Below are positions 23,848 to 37,383 of a DNA stretch of 56,370 nt, one piece after another. The stretch comes from Gammaproteobacteria bacterium (GTDB lineage Bacteria; Pseudomonadota; Gammaproteobacteria; JACQPQ01), in assembly GCA_016207405.1 (NCBI GenBank), contig JACQPQ010000034.1, positions 1 through 56,370 on the forward strand, written 5' to 3'. The first letter of the stretch is position 1. Each line of letters starts with the position of its first letter. The notes under the pieces were generated by a model. It had not been told where the DNA came from. It saw only the letters and a program-made list of their open reading frames with translations, and did not search any database. Made by a program: the position numbers and the translations under genes.

Positions 23848-25604
23848 TACATCGTATCCGGTGCAGAAACGCCTAATAACGAAAGTCCATTTGCCACTAC
23901 TTGTTTAACCGCCAAACTAAGTGCAAGCCTTGCATTGCGAAGGGGAGGTTCTTCCACAAGTACTCTATGCTCATTATAGTAACGATGAAAACACCCTGCA
24001 CATTCTTGTAAATAATGTGCGACAGGATGGGGTTCATATTGCTTAGCCGCAGCTTCAACACAGTCAGGATATTCCGATAATTTCCCAAGCAGCCGTTCCT
24101 CTTCTTTCGTTTTAAGTAGCCCAACATTTTGTAAACCCATCGTTTGATCGTACCGCCATCCGAGAGGCGCGAGCTTCTTAAAAACACTTGCGACACGCGC
24201 ATGTGCATACTGAATGGTGTATACGGGATTTTCGTGGGACTTGGAACGAGCGAGTTCGCAATCAAAGTTCATATGCTGGCTGCTTTTACGCATTACATAA
24301 AAAAAACGCGCCGCGTCGTTTCCTACCATCTCCCGCAACTCCCGCAACGTGACAAATACCCCACTTCTTGTCGACATCGACAGTCGCTCTTTGCCACGAG
24401 TTAACACTGCGAACTGCACTAAAATAAAATTTAAAATTTTTGGGTAACCAAGGGCTTTCATTGCGGCTGTCAAACGGGTGGTATACCCATGATGATCTGC
24501 ACCCACAATATTGATAAGCACATCAAATCCTCGTTCTACCTTCGTAAGATGATAGGCCAGATCGGAGGCAAAATAGGTCAACTCTCCATTTCCCCGTCGA
24601 ACGACTCGGTCTTTTTCGTCTCCATATTTACTACTATTAAACCACAAGGCGCCGTCGTGATGATACAGATCACCGGTCGCATCAAGCCTTTCAATTACCT
24701 TTTGCATTTTCCCATCACGAAAATGCGATTGTTCTTTGTACCAAGCATCAAAAGTAACGCCAAATTGAGTTAAATCCTCTTGGATATCTTTTAAAATGGC
24801 CTCTTCCCCAAACGTGCGAACCGCTGTAAATTTTTCCTCCCCCAGCAGAGATTTTGCTTCTATAAGAAGCGCATCAAGCTCCCGTTCTCCTGCCTCTCCT
24901 TTTGTTGCTTCTTGTTTCGAGGCGCAACCGGGAAGAAGTGCATAAAATTGTCGGCCAACCTTCTCCATAAACGCTTGGGCAATATCAATAATATAGTGTC
25001 CCACATAAGTATTTAGCGGTAATGTAATTGCTTGCCCACCTAAAAGTTCCAGATATCGTAGCCACACACTCACTGCCAGAATATCCATCTGCCGTCCAAC
25101 ATTATTAACATAATATTCTCGATGCACAGAAAAGCCGCTTGCCGACAAAATATTCGCTAAACTGGCGCCACAGGCTGCTCCTCGCCCATGCCCCACATGC
25201 AAAGGCCCTGTCGGATTCGCCGATACAAACTCGATGAGTACTTTTCGATTTTGCCCTAGGTTAGAGGATCCATAGTGTTTTCCCTCTGTCAAAACTCGCT
25301 CAATCACTGCGCCATAGGTCGCCGGCAACACATAAAAATTAATAAAGCCGCCTCCGGCGACTTCTACTTTCTCAATGAAGGGTGAAGCAGGAAACTCTCT
25401 AATGATTTGCTCGGCTATTGTGCGTGGGGATTGCTTGCCCTCTTTTGCAAGCACCCATGCAATATTACTCGCATAATCTCCTTGTGCTTTGTGCCGAGGC
25501 CGTTCGAGAGTGGCTTTGACTGTTGGCATTTCTGAGGGAAGCACGCCTTTGTCTTTCAGCGCTTTCTGTGCAGCAATTAAAAGCTCTTGTATTTTTTCTT
25601 TCAC
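23847..25604 (-). CDS. argS: Arginine-tRNA ligase
   Basis: EFVSANPTGPLHVGHGR, GADHHGY, MSTRSG, QYAHAR motifs. Confidence 0.97.
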
Positions 25605-25644
25605 GATGTATTTTATTTTGAGTTAAGTTAAACTCATTCCAATC

Positions 25645-26922
25645 ATGTTAGATCCTAAGGTTTTTCGCCAAAAAATCAACGATCTCCAAGAAAAGCTCAA
25701 ATTGCGCAATTTCACTATTGATCTCGATTGGCTTCAAGCTCTGGAGGCCGAAAGAAAGATCTTACAAAGTCAAACGCAAGCGCTTCAAAATGAACGAAAT
25801 GTTCTTTCTAAGCAGATCGGACAAAAGAAAGCAAAAGGAGAAAACACGGAAGACTCTTTAGCAAAAGGGGAAAAAATTGCAAAAGCCCTTCAAGAAAAAG
25901 AAGAGGCTCTTAAATCCCTTCAAAAAAAATTGTGGGACTTCCAAACCACGGTGCCGAATCTTCCTCACGTTAGTGTTCCTCCTGGCAAAAATCCTTTGGA
26001 TAATCTTGAGGTTCGAAAATGGAAAGAACCCCCCTTGTTTCCTTTTGAACCTCTTGACCACATTGCCTTGGGCAAACGTTTACACGGTATTGATTTTGAC
26101 CAAGCTACACGCATTGCAGGCTCCCGTTTTGTCATTCTGAATGGTCCCGTGGCAGAGCTCCACCGGGCGCTCACCAACTGGATGTTGGATGTTCACACAA
26201 AAGAACATGGCTACACGGAAGTTTATGTTCCTTACCTCGTTAATGAGAATAGCCTATTTGGAACTGGACAACTGCCTAAATTTGAAAGTGAGTTGTTCAA
26301 AATCGAACGCGATCCGCCTTATTATCTTATTCCAACGGCTGAAGTTCCGGTAACCAATCTAGTACGCGAACGCATCTTGGAGGCTGAAGCACTCCCTCTT
26401 AAATGGGTCTCACACACCCCTTGTTTTCGAAGTGAAGCGGGATCTTATGGCAAAGATCTACATGGAATGATCCGCCAACACCAATTTGAAAAAGTTGAGC
26501 TTGTTCAGGTCGTTCGCCCCGAACACTCTTATAAGATCTTGGAAGAATTAACCTCTCATGCAGAAACCATCCTAAAAAAATTAGAGCTCCCTTATCGAGT
26601 CATCGCCCTTTGTGGAGGTGATCTCGGTTTTGCCGCTGCTAAAACTTACGATCTCGAAGTATGGCTACCCAGCCAAAAAATCTATCGCGAAATTTCATCC
26701 TGTAGTAACTTTGAAAGTTTTCAGGCACGCCGCTTAGAAGCCCGTTGGCGTGAAACGCCTAGCGCGAAACCCGATTACGTACATACTTTAAATGGCTCCG
26801 GGCTTGCTGTGGGCAGAACCTTAATTGCACTAATGGAAAATTATCAAGATCAGAATGGCAATATCGCTATTCCTGCTGTTTTACACCCTTACATGAAAGG
26901 AATAACCCACATAGAAAAATGA
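25645..26922 (+). CDS. serS: Serine-tRNA ligase
   Basis: MLDPK start, PTAEVP, FRSEAG, EISSCSN, LNGSGLAVGR motifs. Confidence 0.97.
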   Translation: MLDPKVFRQKINDLQEKLKLRNFTIDLDWLQALEAERKILQSQTQALQNERNVLSKQIGQKKAKGENTEDSLAKGEKIAKALQEKEEALKSLQKKLWDFQTTVPNLPHVSVPPGKNPLDNLEVRKWKEPPLFPFEPLDHIALGKRLHGIDFDQATRIAGSRFVILNGPVAELHRALTNWMLDVHTKEHGYTEVYVPYLVNENSLFGTGQLPKFESELFKIERDPPYYLIPTAEVPVTNLVRERILEAEALPLKWVSHTPCFRSEAGSYGKDLHGMIRQHQFEKVELVQVVRPEHSYKILEELTSHAETILKKLELPYRVIALCGGDLGFAAAKTYDLEVWLPSQKIYREISSCSNFESFQARRLEARWRETPSAKPDYVHTLNGSGLAVGRTLIALMENYQDQNGNIAIPAVLHPYMKGITHIEK

Positions 26923-28547
26923 ATCTTTCAGAAGCCTTACTTCATGCGCTTAAAGCGCAAGGTGCAAAAGAAATCTTTGGTATTCCGGGCGATTTTGTAC
27001 TTCCCTTTTTCAAAATCATAGAAGAATCCAACCTCTTACCACTTTATACCTTAAGTCACGAACCGGCTGTCGGATTTGCTGCTGACGCTGCTGCACGCAT
27101 GCATATGAATTTAGGGGTAGCTGCGGTTACTTACGGTGCAGGGGCTCTGAACATGGTCAATGCTATTGCAACCGCTTATGCAGAAAGATCTCCGGTTGTA
27201 GTTATTTCAGGCGCGCCTGGAGAAGGTGAAAGCCAAAAGGGCTTACTGTTGCACCACCAAGCTAAAACGCTGTCCTCTCAGTTTCGTATTTATTCTGAAA
27301 TCACCTGCGACCAAGCGCGATTAGATGACGTGCACCATGCACCCCAAGATATCGCTCGCGTTTTATGTCATGCACACCTTTACTCTCAACCCGTATATAT
27401 TGAACTTCCAAGGGATAAAATCCACCAGAGCTGCGAGGAGGTTCCCATTCAAAGGCTTCCTGCAATTGATAAGGAAGCGCTTCGTATGGCAGCTTCTGAA
27501 ATTATGACAAGGCTGACTCGTGCCAAAAAACCGGTTCTCATGATCTGCGTCGAAACCAGGCGATATGGCCTTGAAACCAAGGTAGCAAAATTCGCACGCA
27601 AACTGGGGATCCCCGTTGTAACCAGTTTAATGGGAAGAGGCCTCTTCGCTGGGATGGAACCTCCACTCATAGGACCTTATTTAGGCATAGCCGGAGATAA
27701 AAAAATCACTCGCCTAGTTGAACATTCGGATGCGTTATTTCTCCTCGGAATCATCTTGTCTGATACTAATTTTGGTATTTCGAAAGAACCGATTGACCTT
27801 AAAAAAACCATTCAGGCTACTCGAAACCAAGTCATCATAGATTATCATGTCTATCCGTATATCCCCTTATCCTCTTTGATAGATGAACTATTAAGGCTGA
27901 CGGAAGAGAGGAATGACGCCCCCGCAACAGTTTTCCCTAAAATTCGTTACCCTAGAAACTTAAAAAGTGACGACCATCCTATCCACCCTATTGATATTGC
28001 AACCGCTGTAAATGATCTGTTTGATACGGCAGGACGCATGCCTATCGTAGCCGATATGGGAGATGCGCTATTCACTGCCTTTGATATTGAAAATACCACC
28101 CTCTTGGCTCCCGCTTATTATGCAACCATGGGATTTGGCATTCCAGCCGGCTTAGGGTTACAAGCCACAACAGGTAAGCGTCCACTTATTCTCGTTGGAG
28201 ATGGTGCCTTCCAGATGACGGGATTGGAACTTGGAAACTGTAAAAAATATGGATGGGACCCCATTGTGCTCGTTTTTAACAATAGCAGCTGGGAAATGTT
28301 GGCGGTTTTCCAGCCTGGATCGAAATTTAATAAAATTGACGGCTGGAATTTTGCCGAAATCGCAATGGGGTTAAAGGGGGTAGGCATTCGAGTCACCACT
28401 CGGCGTGAACTCCACCAGGCTCTTTTTCAGGCGGTACAGGAGCGCGGTCGCTTCCATTTGCTGGATATTGTGATCCCTCCGGGGAAAATTTCCCCTACCT
28501 TATCGAACTATGTCTCTGGCATTCGCCGGCTTTCAAGAAACCCTTAA
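26919..28547 (+). CDS. ipdC: Indolepyruvate/phenylpyruvate decarboxylase (TPP-dependent)
   Basis: [34 protein letters not shown]...N TPP motif. Confidence 0.85.
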   Translation: MNLSEALLHALKAQGAKEIFGIPGDFVLPFFKIIEESNLLPLYTLSHEPAVGFAADAAARMHMNLGVAAVTYGAGALNMVNAIATAYAERSPVVVISGAPGEGESQKGLLLHHQAKTLSSQFRIYSEITCDQARLDDVHHAPQDIARVLCHAHLYSQPVYIELPRDKIHQSCEEVPIQRLPAIDKEALRMAASEIMTRLTRAKKPVLMICVETRRYGLETKVAKFARKLGIPVVTSLMGRGLFAGMEPPLIGPYLGIAGDKKITRLVEHSDALFLLGIILSDTNFGISKEPIDLKKTIQATRNQVIIDYHVYPYIPLSSLIDELLRLTEERNDAPATVFPKIRYPRNLKSDDHPIHPIDIATAVNDLFDTAGRMPIVADMGDALFTAFDIENTTLLAPAYYATMGFGIPAGLGLQATTGKRPLILVGDGAFQMTGLELGNCKKYGWDPIVLVFNNSSWEMLAVFQPGSKFNKIDGWNFAEIAMGLKGVGIRVTTRRELHQALFQAVQERGRFHLLDIVIPPGKISPTLSNYVSGIRRLSRNP

Positions 28548-29468
28548 AGATTTTGGCAAAGAAAAAACAATGGTTTCTTTCTGGCCTGAACACTCTTCTA
28601 CACCACTCGCTCCCCACGTAAAGAGGCGTTCAACGACACGTTGAACTAAAATGGCTGGAGCGGAAGCGCCCGCTGTAATCCCAACTGTTTTTTTATCCTG
28701 GAACCATTCGCGGCGAAGGTGGTTTTCATCATCCACTAAATAAGCCGGGATCTCTTTTTTTTCTGCAATTTCCCTCAAGCGATTGGAATTGGAACTCGTT
28801 ACCGAGCCTATCACGATAACCACATCCGAAACTTCTGCTAAACGCTTAACGGCATCTTGCCTATTTTGTGTGGCATAGCAAATGTCTTCTCGGGCAGGCC
28901 CCTCTATATTCGGAAACCGTTGACGCAAAGCCGAGATCATTTGTGTCGTATCCTCAATGGATAACGTGGTTTGCGTAACGTAGGCGATATTGAGGGGGTT
29001 TTTAACCTCTAACGTATAAAGATCTGCAAGCCTTTCAACCAAGTAAATCCCCCCTGAAAGATTGTGATACTGACCTAAAGTCCCTTCTACCTCCGGGTGC
29101 CCCGCATGTCCAATCAGAATGCATTCGCGTCCCTTTTTTGCATGACGCGCCACTTCCATGTGCACCTTGGTCACCAAGGGACACGTTGCATCGAACACGG
29201 TTAAATTTCGTTTTTTGGCTGCCTCCTGAATGGCTTGAGAAACGCCATGGGCGCTAAAAATTAATGTTGCGCCACACGGAACATCTTCTACACGTTCCAC
29301 AAAAAAAGCGCCCTTTTTCTGCAAGGCTTCTACCACGTGGCGGTTGTGCACGACTTCATGTCTAACATAGATGGGAGGCCCCAGAAGTTCTAGAGCCCTT
29401 TCTACAATACTAATGGCTCGATCAACCCCTGCACAAAAGCCTCTTGGATTTGCAAGCAGTATGTTCAT
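28533..29468 (-). CDS. ispH: 4-hydroxy-3-methylbut-2-enyl diphosphate reductase
   Basis: [24 protein letters not shown] motifs. Confidence 0.97.
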   Translation of the reverse strand: MNILLANPRGFCAGVDRAISIVERALELLGPPIYVRHEVVHNRHVVEALQKKGAFFVERVEDVPCGATLIFSAHGVSQAIQEAAKKRNLTVFDATCPLVTKVHMEVARHAKKGRECILIGHAGHPEVEGTLGQYHNLSGGIYLVERLADLYTLEVKNPLNIAYVTQTTLSIEDTTQMISALRQRFPNIEGPAREDICYATQNRQDAVKRLAEVSDVVIVIGSVTSSNSNRLREIAEKKEIPAYLVDDENHLRREWFQDKKTVGITAGASAPAILVQRVVERLFTWGASGVEECSGQKETIVFSLPKSLRVS

Positions 29469-29929
29469 GTTTTGTGTTTTTTGAAGCATTCTATAATTAA
29501 TCCCAAAACGCCTACTGAGATAGCCAGATCTGCGACATTAAATACGGGCCAATGCCAGGTTCCCACATAAAAATCTAGGAAATCTACGACATAAGACAAC
29601 GTTAAGCGGTCCCATAGATTCCCCAGTGCGCCTCCTAAGATAAGACTGAGAGAGCAAGCAGGCCACGCTGAAAACTTAAGTAAATAAAGCCAGTACACAA
29701 TTCCAATACTCACAAGCAAAGCAAAGATCACTAAAAAAATTCTTTGCCAGTCGCCCCCTGTAGAAAGAAGGCTAAACGCAATGCCCCGATTAAATATAAG
29801 TGTAAGATCAAAGCAGGGAAAAATAGGATAAGGTGTGTTTGGCTCCAACTTCAGAAGTACGAGGTTTTTTGTGATTCTGTCGAGTCCCAGTACAAGACTG
29901 CTAAGAGAGAGCCATAAAAAAAAGCGCAT
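29465..29929 (-). CDS. lspA: Lipoprotein signal peptidase II
   Basis: [28 protein letters not shown] motifs. Confidence 0.96.
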   Translation of the reverse strand: MRFFLWLSLSSLVLGLDRITKNLVLLKLEPNTPYPIFPCFDLTLIFNRGIAFSLLSTGGDWQRIFLVIFALLVSIGIVYWLYLLKFSAWPACSLSLILGGALGNLWDRLTLSYVVDFLDFYVGTWHWPVFNVADLAISVGVLGLIIECFKKHKT

Positions 29930-29940
29930 TTTGCCACCGT

Positions 29941-30669
29941 TCAAAGTTGAAAATCCTTTCCTAAAAACACGGTTTTAACTTGCTCATTTTGAGCAATCGT
30001 ATCGGGAGAACCTTCTGCAATGAGAGTCCCTTCATTCATAATGTAGGTGTGATGGCAAATATCGAGCATTTCTCGAACATGGTGATCGGTAATAAAAACG
30101 CCAATGCCTTGCGACGTGAGTTGCCCGATTAAGCGTTTAATATCGACGATAGAAAGTGGATCAACCCCCGTAAAAGGTTCATCTAATAAAATGAATCGTG
30201 GAGTGCTTGCCAAAGTTCTTGCAATTTCAACTCGTCGCCGTTCTCCCCCAGACAAACTCATTCCAAAGTTCTCTCTCACATGAGACAAATGAAACCGGTC
30301 TAACAAAGCTTCTAACTTTCGCTGTCTTTGTTTAGCCGTCACCCCTTTTTGCAGCTCTAAAGTAGCCAGGATATTTTGCTCTACGGTGAGTTTTCTAAAT
30401 ACAGAAGGCTCTTGAGGTAAATACCCAATACCCAGTTCTGCTCTTCTGTGAATAGGGAGATAGGTAATCGCTTTAGTATCTAACATAATCTTGCCGCTAT
30501 CACAGGCAATGATCCCAACAAACATATAAAAGCAAGTTGTTTTCCCCGCACCATTGGGGCCTAATAACCCGACCACTTGTCCACTTTGGACGGCTAAGGA
30601 AACATCTTTAACAACCGCTCGCCTCCGGTAGGATTTTTTAAGACCGTGAGCGCACAAAAGGCTAGTCAT
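29941..30669 (-). CDS. lptB: LPS export ABC transporter ATPase
   Basis: [28 protein letters not shown] motifs; operon context. Confidence 0.95.
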   Translation of the reverse strand: MTSLLCAHGLKKSYRRRAVVKDVSLAVQSGQVVGLLGPNGAGKTTCFYMFVGIIACDSGKIMLDTKAITYLPIHRRAELGIGYLPQEPSVFRKLTVEQNILATLELQKGVTAKQRQRKLEALLDRFHLSHVRENFGMSLSGGERRRVEIARTLASTPRFILLDEPFTGVDPLSIVDIKRLIGQLTSQGIGVFITDHHVREMLDICHHTYIMNEGTLIAEGSPDTIAQNEQVKTVFLGKDFQL

Positions 30670-31165
30670 GAGCAGCGTGTTTTTCTGGAGAAGGTTTTTT
30701 GGGGTAGACCACCATGCGCGTACGTCCGCCTTTGGTCTCAAGTTGTTTGGTATTGAGATGATAGAGGATATGAGGAGCCGTAAAAGTATCCTGGTTTCGC
30801 CGCAAGATAGCCTCTTCTATTAATTCCACTTTTCGCTCTCCAATATCGTAGATAATTTTACGTGCCTCGGCAGTAAAAGTCGTTTTATCATCTAATTCTT
30901 CTCGATACGTGGCAGGTTTCCCTTCTGCAGTTAAACGTTTGATACCTTTATCATCATTCATAACTTCGGCATGATCCGCAAGGAGTTTTCGTGAGCCCTG
31001 CTTAAAGTGTACATTCCCCTTGTAAACGCTCAGTTTGGTTTCGCTATCATACTGCAGGGTGTCCGATTCAATTTGAATGGGTTCTTGTTTATCGCTTTCC
31101 AAGGCAACGCTATTGAAAGAAAAAACTATCATCAGAATGGAGCACAAAAGGCTAACGTACCCCAT
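30662..31165 (-). CDS. lptA: LPS transport periplasmic protein
   Basis: Signal peptide, [20 protein letters not shown]; lies between lptC and lptB. Confidence 0.9.
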   Translation of the reverse strand: MGYVSLLCSILMIVFSFNSVALESDKQEPIQIESDTLQYDSETKLSVYKGNVHFKQGSRKLLADHAEVMNDDKGIKRLTAEGKPATYREELDDKTTFTAEARKIIYDIGERKVELIEEAILRRNQDTFTAPHILYHLNTKQLETKGGRTRMVVYPKKPSPEKHAAHD

Positions 31166-31724
31166 ACTGCCCCCTCACCTCTCCCAACAACTGTACCTCT
31201 TTAGTGTTCAATTTGGCATACAACCCTCGCGCTTGAAGATTGCTAGCCCCTTGGCGAAACAAAACCTGTTTATCTGTTTTTAAAATCTGTTGCTTGGGTA
31301 AAAAAGTAAGTTCAGAAGTTTCCAAAGTGGCTTTTTTTTGATTCTTCTCATTTAAATAGGTCGCTTTCACTTCTTGGCGTAAAGTGATGGATTCTTCTAA
31401 ACCCTTTCCGCTCATTTCCCCAGACTCCGCGCGGAGAGACCAATGTTCTTTAGGATCGAATGCCGTAAAATATGGTTTAATCGCAACCGTGCGGTTTGGA
31501 TTTCGAAAAATGTTCATTTCTGTTGCATAAAGTTGGTGATCTGGGTGACCTTCTGAATTCATCTGGGTAACCACCACATTTTTAAGAATGAGCGTGGGTA
31601 ACGGATTTTTATGTATTTTCACTTCGTCTTTCGACTTCCCTTGCAATGCTAACCATCCACTCACACTCACCATCAGAACGAGGAACAGAATGGTTACAAC
31701 CTGTTTATCTAAGAAAAATAACAT
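31152..31724 (-). CDS. lptC: LPS export protein LptC
   Basis: N-terminal TM helix, beta-jellyroll-like C-terminus (TDKQV...LLGEVRGQY); synteny. Confidence 0.85.
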   Translation of the reverse strand: MLFFLDKQVVTILFLVLMVSVSGWLALQGKSKDEVKIHKNPLPTLILKNVVVTQMNSEGHPDHQLYATEMNIFRNPNRTVAIKPYFTAFDPKEHWSLRAESGEMSGKGLEESITLRQEVKATYLNEKNQKKATLETSELTFLPKQQILKTDKQVLFRQGASNLQARGLYAKLNTKEVQLLGEVRGQYGVR

Positions 31725-31734
31725 TTTTTATAAA

Positions 31735-31880
31735 GTCCCACTGATGGGTGATTTGCTGTGTATTTTCCGCTGCCTGCTGCTCGCTAAAAAGTCCCTTGCG
31801 CTCCTAGAATTTTTCCGGCCGCTCGCAAAGGCATCAGAAAATACATAGCAAACCACCCTCCCCACCATTTTAGTGAGGCC
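31735..31880. mobile_element. Palindromic MITE-like element (family B) between kdsC and lptC
   Basis: Arms GGGTGATTTGCTGTGTATTTTC (31746-31767) and GAAAATACATAGCAAACCACCC (31837-31858); shares sequence with 9025-9077 and 21588-21619. Boundaries approximate. Confidence 0.75.
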
Positions 31881-31889
31881 CTAGCATTT

Positions 31890-32432
31890 TTATAGTAAAT
31901 ATATGTTCTGAATAGAGTCTAGCTTATTTTGGGCTCGTAATAGAAACTCACACGCCTCTCGTACGGCCCCTTGGCCGCCGAGCCTTTTCGTTTGCCAGTC
32001 GGCAACTTGGCTCACAAAAGGCACGGCATTCGCGACTGCAATAGAAAAACCGACTTGTTTCATAATAGGCAGATCGGGCAGATCATCCCCAATATAAGCA
32101 ATCTCTTCATCAGTCATATGCAAATAATCTTTCAATTTTTGATACGCCACCCTTTTGTCTTTTTGTCCCATTAAAATGTGGGCTTTGGGCACATTGAGTT
32201 CCACCATTCTTTTGATAGCCGCAGAGGAGTTTCGACTGGATAAAACCGCAACGTGAATACCTGCTTGTTCTAACATTTTAAACCCTACGCCGTCATGACA
32301 GTGAAAGGGTTTACATTCGGAATGCAGATCAGCGGTAAACCACAGCGACCCATCGGTCATGACGCCATCGACATCCGAAATAAGTAACCGAATACGCGCG
32401 GCTTTTTCGATAAGAATTTTGTTTTCTGCCAT
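31890..32432 (-). CDS. kdsC: KDO-8-phosphate phosphatase
   Basis: DVDGVMTDG, IGDDLPD, GGQGAVRE motifs. Confidence 0.95.
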   Translation of the reverse strand: MAENKILIEKAARIRLLISDVDGVMTDGSLWFTADLHSECKPFHCHDGVGFKMLEQAGIHVAVLSSRNSSAAIKRMVELNVPKAHILMGQKDKRVAYQKLKDYLHMTDEEIAYIGDDLPDLPIMKQVGFSIAVANAVPFVSQVADWQTKRLGGQGAVREACEFLLRAQNKLDSIQNIYLL

Positions 32433-32439
32433 CTGACTT

Positions 32440-32459
32440 CCACTAACCACTAACCACTA
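32440..32459. repeat. Heptamer repeat (CCACTAA), about 3 copies
   Basis: Fills most of the kdsD-kdsC spacer; the same unit occurs as reverse complement at 20121-20134. Confidence 0.7.
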
Positions 32460-32460
32460 T

Positions 32461-35554
<3,094 letters not shown>

Positions 35555-35558
<4 letters not shown>

Positions 35559-35574
35559 GGTGCATTTACGCACC
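35555..35574 (+). repeat. Short GTAG-type REP supplying the ald stop codon
   Basis: GTAGGGTGCATTTACGCACC (GGTGC/GCACC stem). Confidence 0.55.
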
Positions 35575-35719
35575 ACTGACAAAAAGCCACACAATGCTGT
35601 CGTTCATTTACGCAATTAAGCATGAGTAAGTTAAGTTATTCTTACCAGGATTTTTAAAAGAGGCCATGCTTTGTGTAATATCATTTAAATGTCTTTTATA
35701 GACTTTTTATGAATAAAAT

Positions 35720-36523
35720 ATGGCAATAATCAGAACCTATCACGAGTTACTAGAATACGTTCAGGCTCAGGGTCGTAAAACTTTTTCGCTGCAAGAAGTC
35801 ATTCAGATAAAAGAAGGTAACAGAAATGCAGCGAGCTTAATGCTACAAGACATGGTCTCACATAAATTTGTTAAACCCATTGCAAAGGGGTTTTATGCAA
35901 TTTACTCGTCGTCAGAGAAGCAAACTGAATCTATTTCCTGTCATGACTATATTGACCAATTGATGCAGCATAAGAAGGTCCAATACTACGTAGGACTCCT
36001 TTCGGCAGCCAGTGTTTATGGGGCTACCCATCATAGGCCAATGATTTATCAAGTGGTTACAAATCAGCAAGTACGCATCCCAAAAAAACTGTTGCCAGAT
36101 ATCCATTTTTTTACTAAAAAGCACTTTCCAACGCATTGCGTGCTAAAACGCAAGGGCCAGTATGGGTATATGAATTTTTCAACCCCTGCGTTAACTTTGT
36201 ATGATGCTATTAAGTTTGAAAAGAGCTGCGGTACCCTCTACAACGTTATTCTCATATTTAAGGAAATATTGCCTGAACTCAAGCTCCTAGACGTTAGGGA
36301 ACTGGTAAAAAACTCTATTGAAGTGTCTGTTATCCAGAAATTTGGATATCTTTTAGAAAAGTTGGGGCAAGTTAACTTAGCTAAATATTTCAAACCGATG
36401 GCCGCTGCTGCAAAAAGCTATGTTCCCCTTTCTAAATATGATTCCAACAAAAGGTTTGAAAAAAACGGGGTCTGGAAAGTTATTGATAATATTGATTGGG
36501 GGGAAGTAGAAGATGTTGCCTAG
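35720..36523 (+). CDS. Type IV TA antitoxin, AbiEi family
   Basis: N-terminal wHTH-like region (KGFY), YYVGLLSAASVYGATHHRP, STPALTLYD; overlaps the downstream nucleotidyltransferase. Confidence 0.85.
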   Translation: MAIIRTYHELLEYVQAQGRKTFSLQEVIQIKEGNRNAASLMLQDMVSHKFVKPIAKGFYAIYSSSEKQTESISCHDYIDQLMQHKKVQYYVGLLSAASVYGATHHRPMIYQVVTNQQVRIPKKLLPDIHFFTKKHFPTHCVLKRKGQYGYMNFSTPALTLYDAIKFEKSCGTLYNVILIFKEILPELKLLDVRELVKNSIEVSVIQKFGYLLEKLGQVNLAKYFKPMAAAAKSYVPLSKYDSNKRFEKNGVWKVIDNIDWGEVEDVA

Positions 36524-37301
36524 CGCCTACATTGAACATTGGCGACGTTATGCCCCATGGCGTTCTAATGAATTTGTTGAACAAGATCTGATTTTATCTA
36601 GGATTTTGACTGAACTTTACTCCAGTCAGCTTATTGTGGATTCTTTAGCATTTAGAGGGGGAACAGCACTTCATAAAATATTTTTAGACAAACCTGCTCG
36701 CTATTCTGAGGATCTCGATTTTGTTCATATCAAAGGAGGACGAATAGGAAGTGTAATTTCAGAAATTAGAAGAATCTTGGATCCCATCTTTTCAAGCAAA
36801 CCTCGATACAAGGCGGGTAAAGACCGTGCAACACTGCTGTACCGTTATCAAGCAGAATTGCCGCCTCATTCCTCTATGAAGATTAAGATTGAAATCAACA
36901 CAACAGAATCTTTTTTTGTTGAGCCGCTACAAGTTAAAACTTTAATCTACGAGTCACCCTGGTTTTCTGGAAAAGCTGCCATTACTACGTATTCAACCGA
37001 AGAACTATTGGCGACGAAATTACGCGCCCTTTATCAGAGAAGAAAGGGGAGGGACTTGTTTGATTTATTTATGAGCAAAAAGCTCGAACCAGATTATGAA
37101 AAGATCGTTCAAATTTTTAATAAATATCTCAAAGCCGAAAACAAGCACATTCCATCGGCTCTTTTTGAACAAAATCTTGTAGAAAAATTAAAGAAACCAC
37201 ATTTTGGATTAGATTTCCAACCACTGATCAATCCTGTCATTCAATACGATCAACAAGAAGCTTTTGAATATGTGCTGGGAAAATTTCTTTCTCGCTTTTG
37301 A
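36513..37301 (+). CDS. AbiEii/AbiGii nucleotidyltransferase toxin
   Basis: VEQDL, FRGGTALHK, RYSEDLDF, KLRALYQRRKGRDLFD motifs. Confidence 0.92.
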   Translation: MLPSAYIEHWRRYAPWRSNEFVEQDLILSRILTELYSSQLIVDSLAFRGGTALHKIFLDKPARYSEDLDFVHIKGGRIGSVISEIRRILDPIFSSKPRYKAGKDRATLLYRYQAELPPHSSMKIKIEINTTESFFVEPLQVKTLIYESPWFSGKAAITTYSTEELLATKLRALYQRRKGRDLFDLFMSKKLEPDYEKIVQIFNKYLKAENKHIPSALFEQNLVEKLKKPHFGLDFQPLINPVIQYDQQEAFEYVLGKFLSRF

Positions 37302-37383
37302 ACGCAATATAGTTTTACCAACCATACCATTATTCATTATATGACATTAGAAATTTCCAACACATTGCTCTTAGGAGATAACC

